Positions 1-10,391 of a DNA stretch of 64,000 nucleotides are shown here, piece by piece. The notes under the pieces were generated by a model. The model was not told the origin of the DNA. It saw only the letters and a list, made by a program, of their open reading frames with translations, and made no database searches. Origin of the DNA: Acidobacteriaceae bacterium (lineage in GTDB: Bacteria; Acidobacteriota; Terriglobia; Terriglobales; Acidobacteriaceae). A program made the translations under genes and the position numbers. The stretch is taken from positions 6,763 through 70,762 of the forward strand of contig JBAULP010000014.1 in the NCBI GenBank assembly GCA_049578265.1, in the 5' to 3' direction. Numbering within the stretch: position 1 is the first letter of the stretch; the number at the start of each line of letters is the position of its first letter.

Positions 1-88
1 GCACCTGCGCCGCACCCGCAACCGCCAACCCAGCCATCCCAATCACTACGACCGAACGCCTCAACCAACTCATAGCATCCTCCAATCT

Positions 89-862
89 CTACCGCGCATC
101 CAGCGTCGGATGCTTCGACCCCGGCCGCGTCCAAAGCTCCCCCTCCACCGAATACATCCCCTCGGCAAGATCGCTACGGTCGTATCGACCATCCAGCAAC
201 GTTCGATCCACACCAAACAGCATAAGCTGATACATCTCCTCCAGCCGCACCGCCGTGTACTCCCTCATCAGCAACGCAGAGTACTCGTTCAGCTCTTCCG
301 GACTCATCTTCGAACACACCGGAACCGTAGGCGCGCTCGCATCCGCAAACCGCGCCTCGAACGCCGTCCGTTCGCGATAGACCGCCACCCTCGCCTGAAA
401 TCCTTCCACCATCCTCTCCCGCACCGTCGACATCTTTTCGAAGGCCTCTGCCTGATCTCTCGGCAGCAGACCCACCGTCATCGCATGCTCCGCCACCGAC
501 CACACCGCCACCGAAGGCAGGTCGAACCGACGCCCCACGCGCTGCGTGAACCCATACTCCGTCATCGTTACCGTCAACGGCACCTTGCGGTCGCGCGCAT
601 CCTGCGCCGCTGCATTCCAGCGCGTCAGCCACACCATGTGCCCATCCAGCACCGCAACATCATTCCGAATCAGGTCCTGGTTCTGCTCCAGCTCCGCGCG
701 CAAATCCTCTTGCAACTGCGCGCGCTCATGCCGCCGATGCATCCACTCCACGCTCTGTTCCAGCCCGATTGCGATCAGCAGCCCCAGGCAGATCGTCGTC
801 ATATGAATCAGAAAATCCTTCCAACTATGCGCCGCCTCATGCGGTGGATGTACGTCAAGCAT
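89..862 (-). CDS. Hypothetical membrane-anchored protein (MLDVHPPH...KDF.IH family seen in Acidobacteria)
   Basis: 257-aa ORF with an N-terminal TM helix (TICLGLLIAIGLEQ) followed by a helical/coiled region. Confidence 0.75.
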   Translation of the reverse strand: MLDVHPPHEAAHSWKDFLIHMTTICLGLLIAIGLEQSVEWMHRRHERAQLQEDLRAELEQNQDLIRNDVAVLDGHMVWLTRWNAAAQDARDRKVPLTVTMTEYGFTQRVGRRFDLPSVAVWSVAEHAMTVGLLPRDQAEAFEKMSTVRERMVEGFQARVAVYRERTAFEARFADASAPTVPVCSKMSPEELNEYSALLMREYTAVRLEEMYQLMLFGVDRTLLDGRYDRSDLAEGMYSVEGELWTRPGSKHPTLDAR

Positions 863-1027
863 CGATCAGCTCCAAGCCTCAAAGTCGCAAACCAAATCCC
901 CAGCCGAGCCCGACACAACACTGGCGCGATTGTAGCAACCGCTTCCCCTTCCCCCCGCTTCCGTGTACTCTCCACCTACCACTACGTCTAACCAGCAGGA
1001 AGCAACAGGCCCTCCCGGGAGTTTCGT

Positions 1028-2242
1028 TTGAACCTTCTTCGCCGTACGGCACCCATCTGGCTGATGGGTATGTCGAATCTCTCCTTCGGCTTCTTCGCCG
1101 GCTTCATCACTGTGCCTCTTCCTCAACTGCTCGCCGCGCAACACGTCCCTGAAGCCCGCATCGCGTCTCTCACTGCCACCGTCTTCTCCGGAGGCATCTG
1201 GGTCTTTCTTCTTGGCCCCATGCTGGACGTCCGCTTCAGCCGCCGCTGGTACGCAACCCTCTTCGCCGCTCTCGCAGCGCTCTGCCTCATCACCGGCCTC
1301 GTCTACCGCACCCACCTCGAGCTCCTCGAAGTCGTCATGCTCCTCGGCTTCGCCTCCGCGCAGCTCTGCACCAACGCTCTCGGCGGATGGCTCGCCACCA
1401 TCGTCCACCATCAAGACGAAGCCCGCCTCAGCTCCTGGACCTGGGCCGCCTCCTTCGCCGGCAACGGCCTCATGGCCATCCTCGCCGGCGAGTTGGTTCG
1501 CTCACTCCCACTTCCCCTCGCCGCCACTCTCCTCGGCCTCACCGTCTTCATCCCCACCTCCATCTTTCTCGTCATGCCGTCGCCCCCGCCCGACCGCCGC
1601 CTCGCCCGCGAAAGTTTCGGCAAGTTCTTCACCGAGGTCTTCGCCGTCATCCGCCGCCGCGAAGTCCTCATCGCCATCGCACTCTTCGCCTCACCCTGCG
1701 CCTCCTTCGCCCTCACCAATACCCTCGGCGGCTTCGGCAGCAACTTCCACGCATCGCCCCGCTTCGTCAGCCTCATCGGAGGCGCCGGGCTCTCACTCGC
1801 CGGCATCGCCGGCAGCCTCATGTTCGTCCCCTTCGCGAAGCTCCTTCCGCTGCGCCCGCTCTATCTCGCCATCGGAGCCGCAGGCGCCCTCTTCACCACC
1901 TCGCTCCTCCTTCTGCACCACACGCCCACCACCTTCGGTATCGCCATGGTCGGCGAAAATGTCTTCCAGGCCCTCGCTTACACCGGCATCACCGCCATCT
2001 CGTTCGAAACCATCGGCCGCAACAATCCGTTCGCTGCAACCCAATACAGCCTCTTCAACGCCGCCTCCCTCATCCCCATCATCTACATGCAAGTCATCGA
2101 CGGCGACGCCTACACCCGCCACGGTGTCACCGGCTCCTTTCTCGCCGACGCCGGCATCGGCCTCGTCGCCTGCGCGCTCCTCTTTCTCCTTCTTCGCTTC
2201 GCCAGCCAATCCAAACCCGCTCTCTCCGAAGCCGCATCCTAG
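1028..2242 (+). CDS. MFS transporter, AmpG-like
   Basis: 404 aa, ~12 hydrophobic segments, motif GPMLDVRFSRRW and ATQYSLF near the C-terminus; TTG start. Confidence 0.85.
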   Translation: MNLLRRTAPIWLMGMSNLSFGFFAGFITVPLPQLLAAQHVPEARIASLTATVFSGGIWVFLLGPMLDVRFSRRWYATLFAALAALCLITGLVYRTHLELLEVVMLLGFASAQLCTNALGGWLATIVHHQDEARLSSWTWAASFAGNGLMAILAGELVRSLPLPLAATLLGLTVFIPTSIFLVMPSPPPDRRLARESFGKFFTEVFAVIRRREVLIAIALFASPCASFALTNTLGGFGSNFHASPRFVSLIGGAGLSLAGIAGSLMFVPFAKLLPLRPLYLAIGAAGALFTTSLLLLHHTPTTFGIAMVGENVFQALAYTGITAISFETIGRNNPFAATQYSLFNAASLIPIIYMQVIDGDAYTRHGVTGSFLADAGIGLVACALLFLLLRFASQSKPALSEAAS

Positions 2243-2310
2243 CCACTCAGTCTTCACCGCAAACAGTAACAACCGGGCCCTCCCCTCTCGATCGCTACAA
2301 GGAGTTCCCC

Positions 2311-2538
2311 TTGACCCACACGCGCCGCATCCCCCCGATATGGCTTCTAGGCCTGGCCAACTCCACCTTTGGCATGTTCACCGGCATCGTCGGCATCTCG
2401 CTCCCGCAACTGCTCGCGGAGCAGCACGTACCTGAAGCCAGAGTCGCCGCCGTCAACTTCTCCCTCACCTACATGATCGCCGCCGATGGCCGAGCCTATG
2501 ACCGCCAACCCCAACCCGCGTTCTCTCAACCCGTCTAA
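2311..2538 (+). pseudogene. Internally deleted paralogue of the upstream MFS transporter
   Basis: AAGGAG RBS then TTG; 75 aa. The N-terminal part (PIWLLGLANSTFG...LPQLLAEQHVPEARVAA) matches the MFS N-terminus and the C-terminal part (TYMIAADGRAYDR) matches IYMQVIDGDAYTR near the MFS C-terminus. Confidence 0.75.
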
Positions 2539-2639
2539 CCCACCACCACGCGCACCGCAGAGCAGCCCGCACACCGCTTCACGCATCTCAATCACAGCAC
2601 CTGCGTGTCTCCCGAGTTCCGGTCCCTACAGCTTCGCGC

Positions 2640-3602
2640 ATGTCCTCACCGATCTCCGTTTCCCAAAGGCGCCTCTTGCTCATCCAGTCCGAGTTCGACA
2701 TCCAGTTCCACCTTGCCCAGCCCACGCCCTTCGTGGCCCTCGTCCACCTGCACCCGTCTCTTAACTCCCTGCTAAGCCTCATCCCCAACCCCTCCGCCGA
2801 CGACCGCCTTCACGCCGAGCACCTCGGCCCCAGCAAAGAGCTCCTCCAGGAGCTCCCCATCGACGAATACCTCGACACCTTCGGCAACCTCTGCTCGCGC
2901 TTCGTCGCGCCCGCCGGCAACCTTCGCCTGCACACGCGCAACGTCGTCAACCTAACCGACCAGCCCGATCCCCAACCCGTCAACGCCCACCAGGCACCCA
3001 TCGAGCAGCTCGCCGCCTTTACCCTCCAGTACCTTCTTCCCAGTCGCTACTGCGAGGTCGATCTCTTCAACGCCATCGCGCACGACCTCTTCAGCGATCT
3101 CCCCGCCGGCTGGCCCCTCGCCACCGCCATCCGCGACTGGGTCCATCAGAAGGTAGCCTTCGACTACAAAAAAGCCCGCCCCACCATGACCGCCATGGAC
3201 GTCTTCAGCGAGCGCTTCGGCGTCTGCCGCGACTTCCAGCATCTGGCCCTCACCCTCACCCGCTGCATGAAGATCCCCGCACGCTACGTCACCGGCTACA
3301 TCGGCGACATCCGCGTCCCCTACTCCGGCCCCGGCGACTTCAGCGCCTGGTACCAGGTCTGGCTCGACGGCCAATGGTGGGACATGGATGCCCGCCACAA
3401 CTACCCGCGCTTCGGCCGCATCCTCATGGCCACCGGCCGCGACGCCGCCGACGTAGCCATCACCACCAGCTTCGGCAACGCCGACCTCACCCACTTCTAC
3501 GTAGAGTCCAACGAGATCGACGCCAGCGGCAACCCCGTCCCGCTCCCAACCAAGCCCGCCCCCGAACCACCCTCCGAAGCCGACCTCCACCGCGAACCCT
3601 AA
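2640..3602 (+). CDS. Transglutaminase-like family protein
   Basis: YLLPSRYC, GVCRDFQHL, IPARYVTGY, DFSAW and W..MDARHN motifs. Confidence 0.9.
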   Translation: MSSPISVSQRRLLLIQSEFDIQFHLAQPTPFVALVHLHPSLNSLLSLIPNPSADDRLHAEHLGPSKELLQELPIDEYLDTFGNLCSRFVAPAGNLRLHTRNVVNLTDQPDPQPVNAHQAPIEQLAAFTLQYLLPSRYCEVDLFNAIAHDLFSDLPAGWPLATAIRDWVHQKVAFDYKKARPTMTAMDVFSERFGVCRDFQHLALTLTRCMKIPARYVTGYIGDIRVPYSGPGDFSAWYQVWLDGQWWDMDARHNYPRFGRILMATGRDAADVAITTSFGNADLTHFYVESNEIDASGNPVPLPTKPAPEPPSEADLHREP

Positions 3603-3616
3603 ACCGCCGTCCTCAG

Positions 3617-3905
3617 AGAATCCAACACAAGAGCACAACCCAACACCCCAACCCCGTCCTCTCGACCATAGCGAAGCGAAGCGCAGAATCCAACACCTCA
3701 GCCCGTCATCTCTACCATAGCGAAGCGAAGCGCAGAATCCAACACCCCACCCCGTCATCTCGACCGAAGCGAAGCGCAGAATCCAACACCCCACCCCGTC
3801 CTCTCGACCGAAGCGAAGCGAAGTGGAGAGATCCCTGTATTTGCAGTTGCTCTTGCCTTTGCTAGAAGCTAGAAGCCAAAAGCTAAAAGCTAGAAGCCAA
3901 AAGCC
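3617..3905. repeat. REP-like tandem array plus heptamer run between convergent genes
   Basis: Four ~44-49 bp units AGAATCCAACAC...CCCGTCMTCTCKACC...GCGAAGCG, ending in TCTCGACCGAAGCGAAGCGAAGTGGAGAGATCCCTGTATT; then AGCTAGA/AGCCAAA heptamers at ~3861-3905. Confidence 0.85.
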
Positions 3906-5351
3906 CTACCTCGCCGCCACCATCACCGGCGCCTTCTCCCCCGCCTCAAACGTAGTCCAAGGCCCCGCCTTCATATCATGCAGAATCGGCTTCTCCCAGT
4001 CATACTGCGGATGAGCCTTGAAGAACGGCCCCGCCAGAAAATCCTCTCCGCAAGGATGCCCCGCGCGTCCCGTAAAGCTAAGCTTCGCAGCCATATCCGA
4101 ATCCATCACCTTGCCCGTCACCGCGCCGCCCGGATCGAACGGCGGAGCACCCCACACCGGCTCTCCCCGCGCCGACGTCTCCTCATGCCCACACAAACTC
4201 CGCATCCCCGCATCCACCTTCTTCTCATACGTGTCGTAGTGGTCCGACAGATACGCCTCCGCCAGCTTCGTATCCAGCTTCCCGTAGTGCTCCTTCATAA
4301 ACTCCAGCGCCCGCAGATGCCGTGCATTCATCGAAGCCTGCATGTCCTTCGGATTAAACCCCGGCGTATCATCGCGAATCACCAGCGGGTTCTGCGCAAA
4401 GTTCGAGCTCACAAAGAACCCATCCTTCTTCACCGTCAGCGGAGTATGGTGCAGCCCCAGCTCCAGATACGCAATCTCATTCGTCTTCCGGTCGCCAATC
4501 AGCCACGAGTTCGCATACCCGCCGTTGTTCCCCTTGCGCATAATTGCCGCATACGTCGCAATCGAGTTCGCATACTGCATCGCCTTTCGCGACCGCTCAA
4601 ACTCCGGAATCCCATTTACATCAAATCCCTTCGCCATCGGCAGCGTCGTCTCGGTAATCATCAGCCCGGCCGCGTTCACGCCAAAATCATCCTGGCTCGT
4701 AATCATCCCAGGCGACCCATCCATCACAAAGCGATATCCCTTCGCCGGCACAATATCGAACACCATCGTCCACCGCTCGCCCTCTGCATACGACGACCAG
4801 TTGCTATGCGCAATCACAATCTTCCCATCCTTCGTCGCCGACCCCGTAGCAATAAACGCACTGCACTTCCCCGGAGCCTTCGCCGCCGCCGGCACCGGCT
4901 TGCCCTCCTTCGCGTCAATCATCGGCAAGTAGTACCCGGTCAACTCCTCATCGCCATTCACCGCCACCACATCCCACAGGTCCACCTTTGACCCCTGCGC
5001 CTTCAACCCCTCCGCAATCCCCTCCAGCTCCGCCTGGTACTCCGGATCGAGCTTCGGCCACAGCACATTCTTTCCCGCCTGCCGAAAAAACTCCCACGGC
5101 CGATGGTCCTTATGCACCGCCTCCAGCGAGTACACATGCACGTTGTCCTCAATCTCGCGCGCCAGCAGATACCCATGCTGAAACCCAATCTCATTCGGCG
5201 TTCCATGCAGATGCACATACGTCCACCCACCCTCATGGAACTTGTACGCTCCATCCAATCGCGGATCAGGCGCAGCAGATGTGGCAGCAACTGCCGCGAC
5301 AGAAGTCGTCGCAAGAAGAAGCAGAGAGGCGAGACGCAAAGCAAGGCGCAT
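3906..5351 (-). CDS. Secreted Ntn-hydrolase (peptidase C45 / phospholipase B-like)
   Basis: Signal peptide MRLALRLASLLLLA; autoproteolytic GK|CSAF motif; IIETT-like MITETT and NNGGYANSW motifs; start moved to ATG 5351. Confidence 0.85.
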   Translation of the reverse strand: MRLALRLASLLLLATTSVAAVAATSAAPDPRLDGAYKFHEGGWTYVHLHGTPNEIGFQHGYLLAREIEDNVHVYSLEAVHKDHRPWEFFRQAGKNVLWPKLDPEYQAELEGIAEGLKAQGSKVDLWDVVAVNGDEELTGYYLPMIDAKEGKPVPAAAKAPGKCSAFIATGSATKDGKIVIAHSNWSSYAEGERWTMVFDIVPAKGYRFVMDGSPGMITSQDDFGVNAAGLMITETTLPMAKGFDVNGIPEFERSRKAMQYANSIATYAAIMRKGNNGGYANSWLIGDRKTNEIAYLELGLHHTPLTVKKDGFFVSSNFAQNPLVIRDDTPGFNPKDMQASMNARHLRALEFMKEHYGKLDTKLAEAYLSDHYDTYEKKVDAGMRSLCGHEETSARGEPVWGAPPFDPGGAVTGKVMDSDMAAKLSFTGRAGHPCGEDFLAGPFFKAHPQYDWEKPILHDMKAGPWTTFEAGEKAPVMVAAR

Positions 5352-5559
5352 AACAGTTGCTCCTGAAATTAATGCAAAGTTTTGTTGATAGAACCAAAAT
5401 CCACGCGGCAAAATCTGGAACGGATTGCTTACGAGTGTAAGCCATCCCTATCCCGCCGCGTGCATCCAATCACGAGAATCATCTCCGCCGCTTGGCGATC
5501 CATGAGAGCATCAGTCAAAATAATCCTGCGCCTGCCCGTAACCTGGCTTGTGGTGAATC

Positions 5560-7497
5560 GTGAACGATCAGTCATCCCGCGATCCAAATTCCCCGACCTC
5601 TCCCCCCCTTGCAGAGAACCTCGAATACCGCCTCCTCGCAGACTCCATGCCCAACCTCGCATGGATCGCCGACGCCGACGGCTACATCTACTGGTACAAC
5701 CAACGCTGGTTCGATTACACCGGCACCACTCTCGCCGACGTCCAGGGTCACGGCTGGCAGTCCGTCCACGACCCCTCCATCCTCCCCAAAGTTCGCGCCA
5801 GCTTCGACGCCTCCATCCGCACCGGTCAACCCTGGGAGATGATCTTCCCCCTCCGCGGCGCCGACGGCGTCTTCCGTCCCTTCCTCTCCCGCATGCTCCC
5901 CCTCAAAGACGAGCACAACCACATCCTCCGCTGGTTCGGCACCAACACCGACATCGGCGATCAACTCCGCGTCACCGCCGCCCTCCGCGAGAGCGAGCAA
6001 CGCTTTCGCACCGCCACGCAGGCCATCAGCGGCATCCTCTGGACCAACAACGCCCACGGCAAAATGGAAGGTGAGCAGCCCAGTTGGTCCGCCTTCACCG
6101 GCCAGTCCTTCGCCGACTACCAGGGCTACGGCTGGTCCAGCGCCGTCCATCCCGACGACGTTCAGCCCTCCATCGACTCCTGGCAGGCCGCCGTTCGCCA
6201 GCGCAGCCTCTACGCCTTCGAGCACCGCGTCCGCCGCTACGACGGCCAGTACCGCCTCTGCGCCATCCGCGCTCTTCCCGTCTTCAACGAAAATGGCGAC
6301 GTCCGCGAGTGGGTCGGCGTCCACACCGACGTCACCGACGATCGCAAGATGCATCAGGCCCTCGTCGATGCCGACGGCGCTCTCCTCCTCAGCGAAGAGA
6401 GTCTCCGCATCGCCGTCGATGTCGCTCGCCTCGGCTACTGCCGCATCGATCCGCAGACCCGCACCATGCTGCATAGCACCGACATCTTCAAAGCCAACTA
6501 CGGCCGCAAGCCCGACGACCCCCTCACCTACGCCGACCTCTTCGCCAGCATCCATCCCGAAGAGTACGTCCGCGTCATAGCAGAGGTCCGCAAGGCAGTC
6601 GAAGACGACGCCGTCTTTCGTTCCGAGCTGCGCGTGCTCTGGCCAGACGGCTCCGTCCACTGGATGTCCGCCAGCGGCCAGTTCATTCACTTCGCAGACG
6701 GCCGCCCCTCGCAGATCGTGGGCGCCTGTCTCGACACCACACAGAAGCATCTCGCCGAGGCTGCTCTCGTCCAGACCGAAAAGCTCGTCGCCGTCGGCCG
6801 CCTCGCCGCCTCCATCGCCCACGAGATCAACAACCCGCTCGAGTCCATCACCAACCTCCTCTATCTCGCCCGCTCCTCCACCGACGTCGACGAGATCCAC
6901 CAGATGCTCGACACCGCGGACGCCGAACTTCGCCGCGTCTCCATCATCGCCAACCAGACCCTCCGCTTTCACAAGCAAAGCGCTCTTCCGAAAGAGCTCA
7001 CCTGCGACGAGCTCTACTCCACCGTGCTCTCCATGTATGAAGGCAAACTTCGCAACGCATCCATCTCCGTCGAGAAACGCAAGCGCGCCACTCGCCCCGT
7101 CAAGGTCTACGAAGGAGACATTCGCCAGGTCCTCAACAACATCCTCGGCAACGCCATCGACGCCATGCCCTCCGGCGGCCGCCTTTTACTCCGCAGTCGC
7201 GAAGCTCACGACCCGCACACCAACGAGCCCGGCGTCGTCCTCACCATCGCCGATACCGGCATCGGCATGAGCCCCCAAACCCGCTCCCACATCTTCGACG
7301 CCTTCTTCACCACCAAGGGCCTCTCCGGCACCGGCCTCGGCCTCTGGATCACCGCCGACATCCTCGCCCGTTACGGCGGCCGCATCTCCGTTCGCAGCAA
7401 CCAAAGCCAACATCGCCACGGCACCGTCATGTCCATCTTTCTTCCCTTCAGCGGCCCCATCGGCCCTCCCCTTCCCGACCCCGCAACAAGCCACTGA
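5560..7497 (+). CDS. Multi-PAS sensor histidine kinase
   Basis: Three PAS/PAC repeats (GWQSVHDP, GWSSAVHPDD, SIHPEE), H-box AHEINNPL, N/G boxes (NAIDA, DTGIG, FFTTK, GTGLGL). Confidence 0.95.
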   Translation: MNDQSSRDPNSPTSPPLAENLEYRLLADSMPNLAWIADADGYIYWYNQRWFDYTGTTLADVQGHGWQSVHDPSILPKVRASFDASIRTGQPWEMIFPLRGADGVFRPFLSRMLPLKDEHNHILRWFGTNTDIGDQLRVTAALRESEQRFRTATQAISGILWTNNAHGKMEGEQPSWSAFTGQSFADYQGYGWSSAVHPDDVQPSIDSWQAAVRQRSLYAFEHRVRRYDGQYRLCAIRALPVFNENGDVREWVGVHTDVTDDRKMHQALVDADGALLLSEESLRIAVDVARLGYCRIDPQTRTMLHSTDIFKANYGRKPDDPLTYADLFASIHPEEYVRVIAEVRKAVEDDAVFRSELRVLWPDGSVHWMSASGQFIHFADGRPSQIVGACLDTTQKHLAEAALVQTEKLVAVGRLAASIAHEINNPLESITNLLYLARSSTDVDEIHQMLDTADAELRRVSIIANQTLRFHKQSALPKELTCDELYSTVLSMYEGKLRNASISVEKRKRATRPVKVYEGDIRQVLNNILGNAIDAMPSGGRLLLRSREAHDPHTNEPGVVLTIADTGIGMSPQTRSHIFDAFFTTKGLSGTGLGLWITADILARYGGRISVRSNQSQHRHGTVMSIFLPFSGPIGPPLPDPATSH

Positions 7498-7626
7498 TCG
7501 CGCCTCCTACCCCGCGCATCCTGAACAAACTGTCATCCAGCCGGCGCGGTCTTCTCCGCACACCCGTTTAACATAGGAGCCAGCAGCACTCCCACCATCC
7601 GTCCAACAACCCAGGGTCCCTCACCG

Positions 7627-9003
7627 ATGATCTCGCGCCGCCGCTTCACGCAACTCTCCGCCATGGCCGCCGGCGCCGTGCTCACCCCAGACCACGCCTT
7701 CGCCGCTCCCACCCCTCCGCCCACCAAAGCCGATATCGCCCTCGAGATCGCTCCTTTCACCTTCGAGCCCTCACCCAAACACCGCATCCGCACCTTCGCC
7801 TACAACAACCAGGTCCCCGGCCCGCTGCTGCGCCTGCGCCAGGGCCGCCCCACCACCGTCTCCATTCGCAACGCCACCGATCACCCCGAGATCGTCCACT
7901 GGCACGGCCTCTTCCTTCCCTCCGACATCGACGGCGCCTCGGAAGAAGGCACGCCCATGATCGCTCCCGGCGCCTCCACGCACTTCACCCTCACGCCCAA
8001 CCCCGCAGGCTTCCGCTGGTACCATACCCACATCTTCGCCGGAAACGATCTCAGCCGCGGCCTCTACAGCGGCCTCCACGGCCCGCTCTTCATCGACCCA
8101 CCCCACGATCCCACCAGCGCCGCCAGCGCATACGACGCCGAAGTCTTCCTCGACCTCCACGACTGGGACGGCCAGTTCCTCGCCAGCGCCGACGGCAACA
8201 TGGCTCCCGCCTACAGCGTCTCCACCATCAACGGCAAGATGCTCGGCTTCGGCGAGCCCATCCGCGTCCGTCAAGGCCAGCGCCTTCTCCTCCACGTCCT
8301 CAACTCCAGCGCCACCGACGTCCACTGGCTCGCCCTCGCCGGCCACACCCTCCGCGTCATCGCGCTCGACGGCAACCCCGTCGCCACGCCGCAATCCGTT
8401 CCCATGCTCCGCATCGCGCCCGCCGAACGCGTCTGCGCCATCGTCGAACTCAACAACCCCGGCACCTGGATCCTCGGCGAAGTCCGCAAGCACATCCAGG
8501 CCGCCGGCATGGGCATCGTCCTCGAATATGCGAACTCCACCACCAAACCCACCTGGACGCAACCCGAAGATCTCCTCTGGAACTACCAGCAGTTCGCCGC
8601 GCCGCAAAACTCCAACGCACCAACCACCAACGCCCACCCCATCGAATTAATCTTCGACGCAAAGTTCCTCGGCCACGGCGCCGAAGAACAATGGCGCATC
8701 AACGGCAAATCCTACCCCCACACCGAGCAGCCCATCCTCACCGCAGGCCAGCGCTATCGCCTCATCATGAAGAATCACAGCGCCGACAACCATCCCATCC
8801 ATCTTCATCGCCACACCTTCGAGCTCTGCCGCGTCGACGGCAGCCCCGAACTCCGCGGCATCTTCAAAGACGTAGTCCTCGCCCCCTCCAACCTCACCAC
8901 CGAAGTCGAGTTCACCGCCAACAACCCCGGCCTCACCCTCTTCCACTGCCACCAGCAGGATCACATGGACCGCGGCTTCATGATGGTGTTCCGCTATGCG
9001 TAA
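7627..9003 (+). CDS. Tat-exported multicopper oxidase
   Basis: SRRRF Tat motif; Cu ligands HWHG, WYHTH, HPIHLH, HCHQQDHM. Confidence 0.95.
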   Translation: MISRRRFTQLSAMAAGAVLTPDHAFAAPTPPPTKADIALEIAPFTFEPSPKHRIRTFAYNNQVPGPLLRLRQGRPTTVSIRNATDHPEIVHWHGLFLPSDIDGASEEGTPMIAPGASTHFTLTPNPAGFRWYHTHIFAGNDLSRGLYSGLHGPLFIDPPHDPTSAASAYDAEVFLDLHDWDGQFLASADGNMAPAYSVSTINGKMLGFGEPIRVRQGQRLLLHVLNSSATDVHWLALAGHTLRVIALDGNPVATPQSVPMLRIAPAERVCAIVELNNPGTWILGEVRKHIQAAGMGIVLEYANSTTKPTWTQPEDLLWNYQQFAAPQNSNAPTTNAHPIELIFDAKFLGHGAEEQWRINGKSYPHTEQPILTAGQRYRLIMKNHSADNHPIHLHRHTFELCRVDGSPELRGIFKDVVLAPSNLTTEVEFTANNPGLTLFHCHQQDHMDRGFMMVFRYA

Positions 9004-9796
9004 ACTCTGCGCCACACTATCCTGCCTGCTCGCTCTCGCCCTCTTCACGCCGCGCGCCCACGCGCAAGGCAACTACGAGATCCAGGTCTACGGAGCCGAC
9101 ACCGTCGCTCCCAAAAACCTCATGGTCGAGCTCCACTCCAACTTCACCCCCGAAGGCCAGAAGAACATCATCGACGGCGTCTACCCCACCAACCACCAGG
9201 AGCACGAAACCGTCGAGCTCACCGAAGGCATCACCGACTGGTCCGAGGTCGGCTTCTACATCTTCTCCAGTTGGCAGGACGGCCACGGCGTTCAATGGGT
9301 CGGCGACCACATCCGCCCCCGCGTCCGCGTTCCCGACAGTTGGCACTGGCCCGTCGGCGTCAGCCTCTCCACCGAAATCGGCTACCAGCGCGCCGTCTAC
9401 TCGCCCGACACCTGGACCTGGGAGATTCGCCCCATCATCGACAAGTCCGCCGGCCGCTGGTACTTCGCCTTCAACCCCGCCCTCGAGCGCACCCTCCACG
9501 GCCCCGACGTCAACCAGGGCCTCGGCTTCTCCCCCGGCTTCAAACTCTCCTACGACTTCACACCCGTAGTAAGCGCCGGCTTCGAGTACTACGCCGACTA
9601 CTGCCGCATCACCAACCCCTGCCCCCTCCACGACCAGCAGCAACAACTCTTCGCCGTCACCGACCTGAACGTAAGCCCCAAGTGGGAGATCAACATCGGC
9701 GTAGGCATAGGCCCCACCGCCTCCACCGACCACCTCATCATCAAAGGCATCCTGGGCCGCCGCTTCAACTGGGGCAAACACCCCGACGTCCAGTAG
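8996..9796 (+). CDS. Secreted protein, probable outer-membrane beta-barrel
   Basis: Signal peptide ending AHA|Q; alternating aromatic beta-strand pattern; overlaps the MCO stop by 8 nt. Confidence 0.75.
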   Translation: MRKLCATLSCLLALALFTPRAHAQGNYEIQVYGADTVAPKNLMVELHSNFTPEGQKNIIDGVYPTNHQEHETVELTEGITDWSEVGFYIFSSWQDGHGVQWVGDHIRPRVRVPDSWHWPVGVSLSTEIGYQRAVYSPDTWTWEIRPIIDKSAGRWYFAFNPALERTLHGPDVNQGLGFSPGFKLSYDFTPVVSAGFEYYADYCRITNPCPLHDQQQQLFAVTDLNVSPKWEINIGVGIGPTASTDHLIIKGILGRRFNWGKHPDVQ

Positions 9797-9817
9797 CTCT
9801 GTCGACGGCTTTTTTCG

Positions 9818-10370
9818 TTGTCATCCCATAGGGATCTGCAGTTGCTCTTGCACTTGCCGTTGCTTGTTTTACGCCGTCATCCTGACCCTGAGCTTGCCGA
9901 AGGGGAAGGACCCCCGCATTCCCCACCCATACCTCGTCATCTCGACCCAACCACTCCCACACCCGTCATCTCGACCCAACCACTCCCACACCCGTCATCT
10001 CGACCCAACCACTCCCACACCCGTCATCTCGACCGAAACACTCCCACACCCGTCATCTCGACCGAAACACTCCCACACCCGTCATCTCGACCGAAGCGAA
10101 GCGAAGTGGAGAGATCCCTGTATTGGCAGTTGCCTTTGCCTTTGCCTTTGCCTTTGCCTTTGCCTTTGCCTTTGCCTTTGCCTTTGCCTTTGCCTTTGCC
10201 TTTTTGTTTGTCATCCCGCAGGGATCTGCAGTTGTTCTTGCACTTGCAATTGCTGTTGCTTGCTCTTGTACTTGCAGTTGCACTTGCGCTTGCCCTTGCC
10301 CTTGCCCTTGCCGTTGCCTGTTCTACTTCGCGAAACTTCGCAACCTTCGCGCCCTTTGCGTGAAAGCCGT
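9818..10370. repeat. Composite REP-like cluster: 29-bp tandem array, (TTGCCT)12 microsatellite and GTCATCCC..AGGGATCTGCAGTTG elements
   Basis: GTCATCTCGACC at 9936, 9965, 9994, 10023, 10052 and 10081 (period 29); TTGCCT x12 at 10130-10201; TGTCATCCCRYAGGGATCTGCAGTTG at ~9819 and ~10209. Confidence 0.9.
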
Positions 10371-10391
10371 TGCCTGTTTTTCGCCGCCCTC

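Noticed and set aside
9931..10095. 29-bp periodic array as a CRISPR
   Set aside because: The units are contiguous near-identical copies with no unique spacers, and no cas genes are present
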